Shown here: piece after piece, positions 8,398-18,683 of the stretch | How positions within the stretch are numbered: position 1 is the first letter of the stretch | Layout: every line of letters begins with the position of its first letter | IMG/VR virus record: IMGVR_UViG_3300025164_000611 | Origin: a virus | Length of the DNA: 40,577 nt | Reading direction: 5' to 3' (one strand) | Made by a program: the position numbers and the translations under genes | The notes under the pieces: generated by a model | What the model was told of the DNA's origin: nothing | Seen by the model: the letters and a program-made list of their open reading frames with translations, nothing else | The model's database searches: none

Positions 8398-9453
8398 ATG
8401 CTTAGATTCTTTTGCAGTTTTGATGGTTTCAAGATTAGAGAACATCTTGATGGTAGATTTACAAGAGGTTCTACCAGTACAGCAATTGATATTATAACAA
8501 CTGCTGGTAGAAATGGTAAAGGTGCATTATATCTTGGTGAGATTGGACCAGATGTAAATGGTGTCTCGTTTGAACTTCCTTCTGGACCACATACATCTGG
8601 AATAGTTTTGGGTATTGCTTATAAAAGATATAGCTCTCCACCTGCACGTCTGACAGGTATTTTTACATTAAAGAACTCTGGTGGGTCTAAAATCTTTACG
8701 TTACTTAAGAATGCTGGTGGATATTTAGAGGCTAGAAAAGGTTCCTCAATAGGAACACTTTTAGGTACAGGAGTTATTAATATAGATAATGGAACCTGGT
8801 ATTTTATTGAACTTAAACTAACAATTCATGCTTCAACTGGAACAGTGGAAGTTCATGTTGATGGTGCAGAAGATACTCCATTAACATTAACTGGTCAAAA
8901 TACGGAAGGTGCTACTGGTGGAGCTACACAATGTACTTTACATGGTATACATTCTGCGTATGAAGTTGTTGGCTTCTTATTTGATGACCTTTACTTCGCA
9001 GATGCTGTTGCTGGAATCGTAACTGATTTTGTAGGTAATTGTCAGTCTACAGTAACAGTTCCAGCAGCAGAAACGGCACAAATAGAATTTACACCTTTAA
9101 GTGGCACTGATAATAGTGATATGGTAGATGAAGCACTTCCTAATGACGATGTTGACTATAACCAATCTACTACGTCTGGGCATAAAGATAGATTTACTGT
9201 AGTTCCTCTTGGGTTGTCAGGAGTAGAAGTATTAGGAGTTAGTGTTACCTCGATAGCAAAAGAACCATCTGCTGGAGGTTCTCAGATAAAGAATGTATTG
9301 AAATCAGGAACAACAGAGGAATCTGGAGATGCTAAGACTTTAAATACTGACTATAAGTCTCAGACACATTTGTGGGAAGTAGATCCAGATACTTTAGTAC
9401 AATGGGTTCCTGCTGATGTTGATGGTGTTGAAATTGGATATGAGCTAGTATAA
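8398..9453 (+). CDS. Tail/fibre protein with ConA/LamG-like beta-sandwich
   Basis: WYFIELKLTI...GTVEVHVDG and FDDLY motifs. Likely start is ATG 8398, after GGGAG. Confidence 0.6.
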   Translation: MLRFFCSFDGFKIREHLDGRFTRGSTSTAIDIITTAGRNGKGALYLGEIGPDVNGVSFELPSGPHTSGIVLGIAYKRYSSPPARLTGIFTLKNSGGSKIFTLLKNAGGYLEARKGSSIGTLLGTGVINIDNGTWYFIELKLTIHASTGTVEVHVDGAEDTPLTLTGQNTEGATGGATQCTLHGIHSAYEVVGFLFDDLYFADAVAGIVTDFVGNCQSTVTVPAAETAQIEFTPLSGTDNSDMVDEALPNDDVDYNQSTTSGHKDRFTVVPLGLSGVEVLGVSVTSIAKEPSAGGSQIKNVLKSGTTEESGDAKTLNTDYKSQTHLWEVDPDTLVQWVPADVDGVEIGYELV

Positions 9454-11523
9454 ATGTCTGAGGCAAGATTAACCTCTGCTCAGTTAGAAGTTTTAACTAA
9501 AGCTAATGCTGCTCGAATTACTTCTACTCAGTTAGAAGTATTATATAGGGCAGCGGGAAGTGGTTCAGCTAGAATAACATCTACTCAGTTAGAAGTTTTG
9601 TATATTTCAGCAGCTATTAAAATATCTGGTATTGCTGTAGATCCAACACAAAATGATATTATTATAATTGGAGATTCTGGTGCTCCCGTTTCATATGATC
9701 TACATAGATCATTAACACCAGGATTTACTCTAAATGTGGGAAATAAAATTCAGGCAGGAATTACTCCAACTGGGTTACCACAAACCTTATCTGATCTTAC
9801 AATAACTGATGTTGATTGGTATTTCTATAAAGTAGTTGAAAATAATGCTGGGGGGACATTAGTTAGCAATGAAATAGCTATTGAATCTCTAGGTTATGGA
9901 ACTCCACCAGTTTTGTCTGTATCTAATACAACTGGAACAGAAGCGCTTTTAAGTGTTCATTTAGATCCAATATACACAGAAGTTCATTATGTTATAGCTC
10001 TAGATGTAGATCCATATTATCTATCTCTTATTTTCGAAGTGTCTGATACATCTAGCAGTAGATTCCTTGTTCTAGCTACAGGTTTAACAAATGGAGTGAC
10101 ATATAGAGCTAAAGCAAATTGGTTAGGACCATTAGGTTGGAGTGGATATTCTAATGAAGTTGTATTCTTATCAGCAGCGACTATTTCACCAGCTACGTTT
10201 GATACAATAGTTAGACCAAAGTTTGGTGAGACAATTAGAGGCACATATATAGTTACTTGGCCTTCACTTCAAGGTGGAGAAGTTGCTGATTTAAATATTA
10301 GTGATGATTTAGGAGCTACATGGACTAATCTAGCTAGTGGTTTAACTGGAACAACTTATTATTTGAATACACTTCTTTACGCAAATGGTGTCGATTATCT
10401 ACTTAGGATTACAGGAGATCTAGGAACTGTATACTACCAACTTTGCTTTTATATTGATAATGCTACAGCTGGTGATTATTACTGGCATGATGATTCTGGT
10501 TATGATGTTGATGTATATGATCCGACTAAATTTGTAAAGGCTTTGAATGTTAATGGTAACTGGCAGGGTCATATTACAGGTACAAATTTTGCTATGCTTG
10601 CTCAAGGTGGAGGAACTGATTTATCTCTTTTATTAGCTAAGGCAATACAAAGACATACTGATTTAGATATAACAACTAATGCTTTAGCTGATAGTGGTGA
10701 AGGTGGTTATCCTTGGGCACTATATTGGGCAGCAGAAGGTTTGGAATTTGGTGTTGCTGGACTTGTCAACAATTATCTAGGTGTTGGGGCATTTATTTTT
10801 ACTGGATTAATATGGCCTTATGGAACATATCCAGCAATATATGGTCCAGGTCCAGAAAAAGGATCTTCTACTAGTTCAAAATTTGTAGTTCAACTTGCTT
10901 CAAATAACTTTGGTAGTGCTTATCCTTTAGCGCAACATATTTCCTTAGCACGTAATCTTCCTAGAATATATACAAGACAACGTGGTTATTATGATATGCC
11001 ACTTTACTCAATTAGGTTAAAAGTTACACATCCAGATAGAACTAATTTTCCTTATAGAGTTAGAGTAAGAGCCACTACATTTGGTCCGGGCCTACTTTTA
11101 CCAGTAAACTTTGTTTCTGATTATTGGTTAATAGATGAAACGTTTGATCTAACAGCTTCAATACCACCATTTACTGAGTATCCTTTTGATTGTGGTTGTG
11201 CTGGTGCTTTAGGTGGAAAAATTCATGGTTCTAGTGATGAAGGTAGAGCTGAGTATTCTACTTTAGGTGCAGCTGTACTTGACGTTGATTGTATTGATCT
11301 TGGTGGAAGTGTTTGTACTGGAGTACCTGTAGTACCTGTAGTTAATCCAAATTATCCAATACCAGTAAAAGGCCCAATACCATGTATTGTTTGTGCTGTG
11401 ATTCCTAATTTTGTTGGTGATTCTGCTACTTTAATTCTTGGATCTGATACTGAGAATTGTGGATCTATACTAGTATCTTCAGACGATGATAATGGCCTTC
11501 CTGTTAATTATAAGTGTGCATAA
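9454..11523 (+). CDS. Tail fibre/spike with N-terminal repeats and Fn3-like domains
   Basis: Three AR(L/I)TS(A/T)QLEVL repeats; GLTNGVTYR and DYLLRITG Fn3-like strands; Cys-rich C-terminus. Confidence 0.65.
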   Translation: MSEARLTSAQLEVLTKANAARITSTQLEVLYRAAGSGSARITSTQLEVLYISAAIKISGIAVDPTQNDIIIIGDSGAPVSYDLHRSLTPGFTLNVGNKIQAGITPTGLPQTLSDLTITDVDWYFYKVVENNAGGTLVSNEIAIESLGYGTPPVLSVSNTTGTEALLSVHLDPIYTEVHYVIALDVDPYYLSLIFEVSDTSSSRFLVLATGLTNGVTYRAKANWLGPLGWSGYSNEVVFLSAATISPATFDTIVRPKFGETIRGTYIVTWPSLQGGEVADLNISDDLGATWTNLASGLTGTTYYLNTLLYANGVDYLLRITGDLGTVYYQLCFYIDNATAGDYYWHDDSGYDVDVYDPTKFVKALNVNGNWQGHITGTNFAMLAQGGGTDLSLLLAKAIQRHTDLDITTNALADSGEGGYPWALYWAAEGLEFGVAGLVNNYLGVGAFIFTGLIWPYGTYPAIYGPGPEKGSSTSSKFVVQLASNNFGSAYPLAQHISLARNLPRIYTRQRGYYDMPLYSIRLKVTHPDRTNFPYRVRVRATTFGPGLLLPVNFVSDYWLIDETFDLTASIPPFTEYPFDCGCAGALGGKIHGSSDEGRAEYSTLGAAVLDVDCIDLGGSVCTGVPVVPVVNPNYPIPVKGPIPCIVCAVIPNFVGDSATLILGSDTENCGSILVSSDDDNGLPVNYKCA

Positions 11524-11876
11524 TGGAACCTAGAGAAAATATTAAGGGAGAAGTTAATTTTGAGGACATGACCTCTAGGAATGTCTTGGAGAAGAAAAAT
11601 GTTCAAAATATGTCTGGTGAAACTCCTAGTGTATTGAATAAATCATTTTTTGTTGGAGCTAATTCTTCTCCTATTAATGTTACAGATTTCTTGAATGGTG
11701 CCCCAGGACAGAGATTATATATTTTGGGTGATGGAAACATGACAATTGTTAATGGTGTTTTGGTATTTACTAACACTGGAGCGAACAAGTTATTAGCAAT
11801 CAATAAAGTATATCGATTTACCTTCTTTCAGATAGAGGGGCCACCACGTTCACATATATGGGTGGAGGATGAATGA
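11523..11876 (+). CDS. Small tail-associated beta protein
   Basis: TAATG coupling to the fibre gene; VTDFLNGAPGQRL.I+GDG...W+E pattern resembles fibre C-terminal modules. Confidence 0.5.
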   Translation: MEPRENIKGEVNFEDMTSRNVLEKKNVQNMSGETPSVLNKSFFVGANSSPINVTDFLNGAPGQRLYILGDGNMTIVNGVLVFTNTGANKLLAINKVYRFTFFQIEGPPRSHIWVEDE

Positions 11877-12214
11877 GAATAGAACAATGGGGTTATTTAA
11901 AATATTTTGGTTCATCAGAGTTTAAAGATCCTGAAAAAATGGATTATGATTTTCTCTTAAAATTGGACAAAGCTAGAGGGATAGCTGGTATACCTTTTGT
12001 ATTAAATTCAACTTATCGTGCTAAAGATAAGCTATCTCATGGTAAGGGTTTAGCTGTTGATATTAATTGTACGACTTCAGTTGATAGACTTAAGATTGTA
12101 TCGTCTCTAATTGAAGTTGGTTTTGTTAGAATTGGTATATATAATAAACATATCCATGTTGATTGTGATAAATCTCTACCTCAAAATGTAATGTGGTGGG
12201 GAACTAGCAAGTAA
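11873..12214 (+). CDS. Peptidase M15 family endolysin
   Basis: STYR, SHGKGLAVDI (SxHxxGxAxD-like) and HIHVD zinc-ligand motifs. Confidence 0.85.
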   Translation: MRIEQWGYLKYFGSSEFKDPEKMDYDFLLKLDKARGIAGIPFVLNSTYRAKDKLSHGKGLAVDINCTTSVDRLKIVSSLIEVGFVRIGIYNKHIHVDCDKSLPQNVMWWGTSK

Positions 12215-12223
12215 GGAGAAATA

Positions 12224-12772
12224 ATGCCAGGATATACGAATCCTTGGTCTGATACTGATCCACCTGGATCTCAGAATGCTAATACTATTGATGATGAATT
12301 TAGGCAATTGAGATTAGATATTCATGAAAGGATGGATGATATTGTTGATGATTGGACTGATGATCCTGTTGTTTTATCTGGGGCTGCTGGTTCTATTGGA
12401 TCTTCTGAGAGATGTGATTATTTAGATGCTTCTCCTGGTGGAAATAAAGCTGCTAATCTTGTTGATATTAAATCCCATATGTTTGTAGCTTATGTTGGAA
12501 CTACTGGTAGTGGTGGGGGAGTTCTTATTAATATTAATGAAATAAGTATTTTAACTGGTATTGTTTGGAACATAACTACACACGGTCTTAATATTATTTT
12601 AATGGATGGTCGTAGGACTTCTGGTCAAGTTCCAGTATTTATGACAGTTGTTGGAGCTAGCGGTATAACGAATATATTTACTTTACAATTCCAATATGGT
12701 GATGGGGCTTTAGTAAATAATATACCAATTAACTGTACATTTCTTATCACAGCTCAAGTTACTCCTACATAA
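12224..12772 (+). CDS. Tail protein (fibre-anchor-like N-terminus)
   Basis: P.GS.NA.TIDD..RQL+.D+.ERM N-terminal motif; AGGAG RBS. Confidence 0.55.
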   Translation: MPGYTNPWSDTDPPGSQNANTIDDEFRQLRLDIHERMDDIVDDWTDDPVVLSGAAGSIGSSERCDYLDASPGGNKAANLVDIKSHMFVAYVGTTGSGGGVLININEISILTGIVWNITTHGLNIILMDGRRTSGQVPVFMTVVGASGITNIFTLQFQYGDGALVNNIPINCTFLITAQVTPT

Positions 12773-12773
12773 T

Positions 12774-14471
12774 ATGCCTAGAAATAGAAAGATTCTTAGG
12801 AATAGAACCATCAGAGAGTGGTCTGGTGGTGAGCAAACTTTTAAGAAACCTAATATAAGATTAGTGAAATTGATAACATCTAGGATTAATAGAGGTATGA
12901 TTACTTCTATTGATTCTACTGATATTCCAAGAGAAGCTCTACAATTAGCTAAGAATACTAAAGTTGTATTTGATAAAACTAGCCGTAGAGATGGATTATC
13001 TTCATTTGAAAGTGCAGCTGATAATTCTCCAGTTCTCAAGATGTCGTTTTTGAAATCTCCAGATGGGACAGGTCATACATATAGGTTTACTCCGGATTCT
13101 ATTTATGATCTTCAATCTTCTATATGGAATCCAATAACTGAGACTGTACCTTTAATTGGAACAGTTAATGATAGATTCAATGTAGCGACAGTTTTTGATA
13201 TTTTTGCATTTACTAATAATGGCGCAAATGCTGTTCAATGGATTGATTCGACCCTTGATGTTTCAGATGATTTGATTGATAATTATTTTGAGTATGCAGA
13301 AGGGGCTGAATTTAGATATTGTACAGGATTTTACAATAGGATTGTTTTAGCTGCTCTGAGGGAACAAAATGAAGTTTTACTTGCTTGGACTGGGGAATAT
13401 GGTTCTAAAGCTACAGCTAAACATGGTTTAGAGGACTTAGATCCTCTTGTTAATGAAACTAGTGGATTTTCACCTTTAGTAGATTCCCCAAGTGATGTTG
13501 GTGATTTTATTACAGGGGTATTTGGTCTTACATCTATTATGGTTATCTTAAGAGAAAAGAGTATTTGGCTTGCTACTAAACAAGCATCTTTTTCCAATCC
13601 ATTCAATGCCTATGCGGCTGTTCCAGGTGTTGGTTGCGATTCTCCTTTTAGTACTAAAGTTACCAGATATGGATTATCTTGGTTAGATCGACGTTCTCGT
13701 ACAGTTTATCATTATACTCCAGGTGGAACTCCTGAACCTATTGGTAGACCTGTTGAGAAAAGTATTATTAATAATATTACAGACCCTGATATTGTATTTG
13801 GTGCTTATGATCCTATTGAAGATTCATACTCAGTCTGCATTCCTGCTGTTGGTTCAGGGATAGTTAGAGCATGGACGTATTATTTCCAAGCGCAGGCTTG
13901 GACTTATAATGAATATAATGAAATCTCTTCATTTGATACAATTGAGTTGCTTACTGGATATGTTGCTATTGATGATCTTGTTGGTACAATGGATGGTTTA
14001 ATTGGTACGATTGATGGATTATCTCCTGTTGTACAGGGTGTACCTCAGAGAATATTTGGATTTACTGATGGTACATTAGCTATCCCTGATCCTAATGCTG
14101 ATACTGATTTAGGAGTAGAGTTTGAGACTGATTTAGTATCTGCGGCCTTCATGTTGCCTGGTGATGATATATATGTAGCCAATGTAGTTGTTGAATACAA
14201 TATGAAATTGCCTGGAACTTTAGAGTTCTGGTATGCTCCTGATGGTGGTGTTGATATATATAGGTCTCTCATGCCAACATCCTTTATATTAGGTGATACT
14301 TTTACACCTACTGTTTTGAATAAACCTCAAATATTTACATTCAAGCGTGTTATCCATAGTAGAAGGTATGCTTTTTCGATTAGGGCTTTTAGAGGTCAAT
14401 TTGATATTCTTGGATATGAAATTTGGGTAGCTGGTGCTGGTGATGTATCTATGATAAGGCAAGTCCCATGA
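12774..14471 (+). CDS. Tail nozzle / tubular protein B (P22 gp10 / T7 gp12-like)
   Basis: 565 aa beta-propeller-like protein; GVGCDSPFS, GRPVEK and AYDP....YSV motifs; position. Confidence 0.75.
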   Translation: MPRNRKILRNRTIREWSGGEQTFKKPNIRLVKLITSRINRGMITSIDSTDIPREALQLAKNTKVVFDKTSRRDGLSSFESAADNSPVLKMSFLKSPDGTGHTYRFTPDSIYDLQSSIWNPITETVPLIGTVNDRFNVATVFDIFAFTNNGANAVQWIDSTLDVSDDLIDNYFEYAEGAEFRYCTGFYNRIVLAALREQNEVLLAWTGEYGSKATAKHGLEDLDPLVNETSGFSPLVDSPSDVGDFITGVFGLTSIMVILREKSIWLATKQASFSNPFNAYAAVPGVGCDSPFSTKVTRYGLSWLDRRSRTVYHYTPGGTPEPIGRPVEKSIINNITDPDIVFGAYDPIEDSYSVCIPAVGSGIVRAWTYYFQAQAWTYNEYNEISSFDTIELLTGYVAIDDLVGTMDGLIGTIDGLSPVVQGVPQRIFGFTDGTLAIPDPNADTDLGVEFETDLVSAAFMLPGDDIYVANVVVEYNMKLPGTLEFWYAPDGGVDIYRSLMPTSFILGDTFTPTVLNKPQIFTFKRVIHSRRYAFSIRAFRGQFDILGYEIWVAGAGDVSMIRQVP

Positions 14472-15046
14472 TTTTTGAATGTTCATGTAAAGAGCATGGA
14501 ATATTCATTAATAGAACTGTTTGGTTGATGGATTATTCTGTTGATAATTTGAGGAAATTGTGGGAAAAATCTAGTGAACATAGAATACTTTTCTCTGATG
14601 ATGTAAATGGTAATTTTCAAAAGTTTTGTAGCATATTCCTATCTCAAGATCCTAATACTGGTAATTTGTTTTCTAATGGTTTAGTTTGGGTTGTAGACGA
14701 TTTTGTTGGTATATTATTTATGTCTCAGATTCATGGAGATGAGGCTCTACTTCACTTTTCATTTTTCGATGGAAGATTGCGCTATGATATATCGAGGAGA
14801 ATGATTGATTATATTTTCTCAGAATATAAATTTAATAGATTAAATGCTGAAATTGTGCCATTTGCATCGAAAAGAGTATTTAGTTTTATAGAAAGTTTAG
14901 GTTTTAGGAGAGAAGGTAAGAAAAGAAAAGCCCTTTCATATAAAGATGAAAGATTTGATTTACTACTTTACGGATTACTAAGAGAGGAGTTCTACGAATG
15001 GGATACAAAGAACGTACCGTTGGAGGTGGCCCAGCTAAGGGTTTAG
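14468..15046 (+). CDS. GNAT-family acetyltransferase (T7 gp13-like position)
   Basis: FIESLGFRREG...DLLLYGLLREE RimJ-like GNAT signature, between nozzle and ejection genes. Confidence 0.75.
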   Translation: MIFECSCKEHGIFINRTVWLMDYSVDNLRKLWEKSSEHRILFSDDVNGNFQKFCSIFLSQDPNTGNLFSNGLVWVVDDFVGILFMSQIHGDEALLHFSFFDGRLRYDISRRMIDYIFSEYKFNRLNAEIVPFASKRVFSFIESLGFRREGKKRKALSYKDERFDLLLYGLLREEFYEWDTKNVPLEVAQLRV

Positions 15047-15714
15047 CTAATGATTTTGTAAGTTTTTTACAGAATTTTATTACTAGTGGTAAATTTGGTG
15101 GAGCTGAAACTAGAGGTGGTATAGGTGGCTCATCTGCTACATCTCAGTTTAATGCTGAGAATCCTATGGCAGATAGTGCTGGTATTTTTGGGTTATTAAA
15201 TTCTATTATATCTAATCCCCAAGCTGACAAGAGTGTACAGGATCTAATATCTAAGGATGTTGAGCGTGGCAGGAACGATCTAAGGGCTAGGTTTGGGGCC
15301 AGTGGTGGTATGGCCTACGGGTCGCCCGCTGCGTTCGCTGAGTCCCTATATCAAGCTGAGCAAGCCCCTAGAACGGCCTTGGCCTTGGATCAGATGGCCC
15401 AGTCAAGAATCGGGTCTTTAATGCCATTTTTTCAAATGTTAATGAATACATCTTCTCTTGGGATTCCGCAAGCTCAAACTACAATGGAACCTAGTAAGTG
15501 GATGCAGGGATTCAATATGCTTCTAGATACAGCTAATACTGTTGCTAATTTTATTCCTTTTGCTGGTGGAGGAGAGACTAATGCTAGAGCAGCTAGTATG
15601 CCAGTTCCAAAACCGGCTATGGTTCAGCAAAGTATTAATAATCCTATGCCTTATGTTAGACCAGAAAATTTAAGATTTATTCCTACTCCTTCTAGTTCTC
15701 CAGGATGGGCATAA
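14998..15714 (+). CDS. DNA ejection/pilot protein (putative)
   Basis: Gly/Ala/Met-rich helical protein; position after the GNAT. Confidence 0.55.
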   Translation: MGYKERTVGGGPAKGLANDFVSFLQNFITSGKFGGAETRGGIGGSSATSQFNAENPMADSAGIFGLLNSIISNPQADKSVQDLISKDVERGRNDLRARFGASGGMAYGSPAAFAESLYQAEQAPRTALALDQMAQSRIGSLMPFFQMLMNTSSLGIPQAQTTMEPSKWMQGFNMLLDTANTVANFIPFAGGGETNARAASMPVPKPAMVQQSINNPMPYVRPENLRFIPTPSSSPGWA

Positions 15715-15715
15715 G

Positions 15716-16990
15716 ATGCCTGTTACTATACTTCCCGGTGTTGATGAGTACCTCCGCCCAGGAATTGAGAAGTTAGGTGATACTATTTCTCTATTTACAG
15801 AAACTGATAGAAGAACACAAAGAGCTATTAGGAATATGCTCATTGAAAATCCATCATTAATTCAACAGTTTGCAGACTTAGAACATAAAACTCCAGGATC
15901 ATTAAAGAAGATGGGTTTTGGTAGTGTATCAGATTTAATCTCTGGAGTTGGTCCTTCTCTTGAATTACAAGAGCAAGAGAGACTTGGTGGTAAGAAATTG
16001 GATGTTTCAGAAAAAAGATTAAATCTTGAAGAAAGACAGATAGGTCTCGAAGAAGAAAGTATTGGTTTTAAGGAAATTCAGAATCAGATGTTGAAAGATT
16101 TATTGAAAGCTAATCCTAAATTAACAGAAGATCAGGGTAAGTCTGCGGTTGCTCAATTTATGGGTGTTCCAACTGAGAAAGAAATAGAAGCATCAGGTTA
16201 CGAATTAGATATTGCTAAGATGAATGCAACTAGAGCTACTAGATTACAAGAGTTGATGGATAAGGGATTAGATAAAGAAGGTCCTATGTTTAGTTATGTA
16301 GCCAAATTTAGAGCTGGTCAAGATGATCCTAATGAAACGGCTGCAATTTTAGCTGATCCTATTTTGGGTCAACAGTTCCAATTATTGTATGAGTTACAAA
16401 ATGAAAGAGAAGCAAAAATCAATAAAGAGACTGGGAAAGTTCCAACTGCTATTTCAGATTTGCCAGTAGCTATTCAAGGTCAGTTTGCTCAAATTGCTCC
16501 TGTTAGAGATTCTTTTAGTCATTATAGTGATAAAGTTCAAAAATTTATGGCTTTACCAAGTTCTGAAAGATTAGCTGCATTAGTAGGAGCTGGATCTCAC
16601 CAACAGGAATTGGGTGAATTGAGGAGCTTACAGAGTGGATTAATGGGTACATTTAGACCCTTACTTTCTCCTGGGCCTTTGTCTGTTGCTGATATGAGAA
16701 TGTTAGAGAATATGCTTGGTAATGTATTATCAACATCTTCTTTCGTTAGAGGTAAAGAATATGTTGATGGCCAGTTAGAAGGTGTACAGAGATTTATTGA
16801 ATCTAAAATCCAAGGATTAACTACAATATATCCAACTGTAAAAGTTCCAAAGACACCAGTATCTCAGATTCCTACTGATATGATTGATAAAATGATAAAA
16901 GATGGTATGACAAATCAACAAATAATGAATGAACTTAGCAGGAGAGGTTATGATGTTAGTGGACTTACTTCTATTGGGGTAGGAAAATGA
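15716..16990 (+). CDS. Internal virion/ejection protein (putative)
   Basis: Helical, coiled-coil-rich 424 aa protein in the ejection cluster. Confidence 0.55.
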   Translation: MPVTILPGVDEYLRPGIEKLGDTISLFTETDRRTQRAIRNMLIENPSLIQQFADLEHKTPGSLKKMGFGSVSDLISGVGPSLELQEQERLGGKKLDVSEKRLNLEERQIGLEEESIGFKEIQNQMLKDLLKANPKLTEDQGKSAVAQFMGVPTEKEIEASGYELDIAKMNATRATRLQELMDKGLDKEGPMFSYVAKFRAGQDDPNETAAILADPILGQQFQLLYELQNEREAKINKETGKVPTAISDLPVAIQGQFAQIAPVRDSFSHYSDKVQKFMALPSSERLAALVGAGSHQQELGELRSLQSGLMGTFRPLLSPGPLSVADMRMLENMLGNVLSTSSFVRGKEYVDGQLEGVQRFIESKIQGLTTIYPTVKVPKTPVSQIPTDMIDKMIKDGMTNQQIMNELSRRGYDVSGLTSIGVGK

Positions 16991-18216
16991 GTACTCCTAA
17001 GAGCAACCTGTATGATTTATTTTTTGATGCAGCAACTACACAATATGATCTACCAGCAAATCTACTTCGACAAGTGGCTAGATTTGAATCTAATTTTGAT
17101 CCTGAGGCAATTAGTTATAAGGGTGCTGTTGGATTAATGCAAATAATTCCTTCTTTGCATCCAGATGTAGATCCAACCGATCCATATGCTTCTATTGATT
17201 ATGCAGGTAAATTATTAAGTGATCTCCATAAACAATTTGGGTCTTGGGATCTCGCTTTAGCTGCTTACAATTCTGGACCTGGGAATGTTAAGAAATATGG
17301 GGGTGTTCCTCCATTTGAAGAAACACAGAATTACGTTAAGAATATTTTAGGTAGTTTAGATAATGTAAGTACTGAAGAAGGTAGAAGTGCTTTTGAGTTA
17401 TTATTAGAAAAAAGAAGAAAAGAATTGAGTATTACTAATCCTACACCAGGATCTCAATTACCAGCTGAGATTCCAGAAGAAGGTAGGGGTCTTATTTCTA
17501 AAGCTCTTGGTTTTGTAGGAAGTGGTATTGATAAAATACAAGAGCGTCGGCAGCAACAATTAGAATCAATGTCACCTGAACAACGTAGAACGTATGATGA
17601 ATTACAAAAATATTCTAAGCATGATATTGGACCTTTATCATGGGTATCTCCAGGTGGTGTTGGTTTTGCTTCTAGAGCTTCTAGACTTGGAATTATTAGG
17701 AGATTTTCTCCTTTTAGAAGGAGTGGATCAAAGCTATCTGGTGCGGTAGAAAAAATGTCATCCTCTAGACCACATGGGGTAGCTGAGGATGTTCTTAGAT
17801 TAGAAGAATCATCTAAAGTAATTGCTTCCCTTGAAACTAAGGGATATAATATTTGGACTAAAAGTTTGGGTGGCAAAAATCCTTCAGAGTTTGCTAAATT
17901 GATGGGTGAAATGACTTCTGCTGAAAAACCTATTGCTCAAAAAGGTATGTTATTGTCTTTACAAGAGAATCTTGCTAATATGAGTAGGTTGAGTAGAGAA
18001 GCACAACAAAATTTAATGTCTCCTGCTGGTAAACTTAGGTTACAAGCGACTTTTGATGGATTACCGTCAGAACACCTTGAATATTTCAATAGATTGGTAG
18101 AAACAGGACAATATCAAAGACTTACTAGGTGGTTAGGTGTTGTATCCTTAGCTTATCCTTGGGCACGTAAGGTTGGTAGGAGTGTACTAGAAAGACTTGA
18201 AGGAGGAATTTACTGA
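16987..18216 (+). CDS. Internal virion protein with N-terminal SLT lytic transglycosylase
   Basis: FESNFDPEAISYKGAVGLMQI and LALAAYNSGPGNV motifs. Confidence 0.88.
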   Translation: MSTPKSNLYDLFFDAATTQYDLPANLLRQVARFESNFDPEAISYKGAVGLMQIIPSLHPDVDPTDPYASIDYAGKLLSDLHKQFGSWDLALAAYNSGPGNVKKYGGVPPFEETQNYVKNILGSLDNVSTEEGRSAFELLLEKRRKELSITNPTPGSQLPAEIPEEGRGLISKALGFVGSGIDKIQERRQQQLESMSPEQRRTYDELQKYSKHDIGPLSWVSPGGVGFASRASRLGIIRRFSPFRRSGSKLSGAVEKMSSSRPHGVAEDVLRLEESSKVIASLETKGYNIWTKSLGGKNPSEFAKLMGEMTSAEKPIAQKGMLLSLQENLANMSRLSREAQQNLMSPAGKLRLQATFDGLPSEHLEYFNRLVETGQYQRLTRWLGVVSLAYPWARKVGRSVLERLEGGIY

Positions 18217-18683
18217 TGACTCCTCAACAAGTAGCTATTGATTTTATTTCTAAATTTAATGGTGATAGTTCTAAAGCTATGGGTGAATTTTCTAATCAAT
18301 CACAGATGAAATTATCTGGTGGGAATGCTCCTAATGAGAAATTTACTCAAGTATCTACTATTTTAAATAAAATATCTATGATTCAAGATGATGTTGATAA
18401 GATAGGAGATGCTACAAAAATATTCGAAAGTCCTGCATTTAATACAATGATATTTAATCGCGTTAGTGAGATGAATAATCTTCTTGGAGGTGAGATTTAT
18501 GAGACACCTGATCCAATGAGTTTATCTAAGAATGTATTTGATTATGAACAAGCTTTGATTGAGATGGAAAATGAAATTCCTAGAATTAAGAAACAAGAAG
18601 ATAGGATGAGTGCTCTTTGGGTAATCAATGAGTTAATGATGTCCATTGACGCTCTTAAGGGTGCAAACAATGTCCAGGCCTGA
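18216..18683 (+). CDS. Hypothetical helical protein in the ejection cluster
   Basis: TGATG coupling; GGAGG RBS. Confidence 0.55.
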   Translation: MTPQQVAIDFISKFNGDSSKAMGEFSNQSQMKLSGGNAPNEKFTQVSTILNKISMIQDDVDKIGDATKIFESPAFNTMIFNRVSEMNNLLGGEIYETPDPMSLSKNVFDYEQALIEMENEIPRIKKQEDRMSALWVINELMMSIDALKGANNVQA

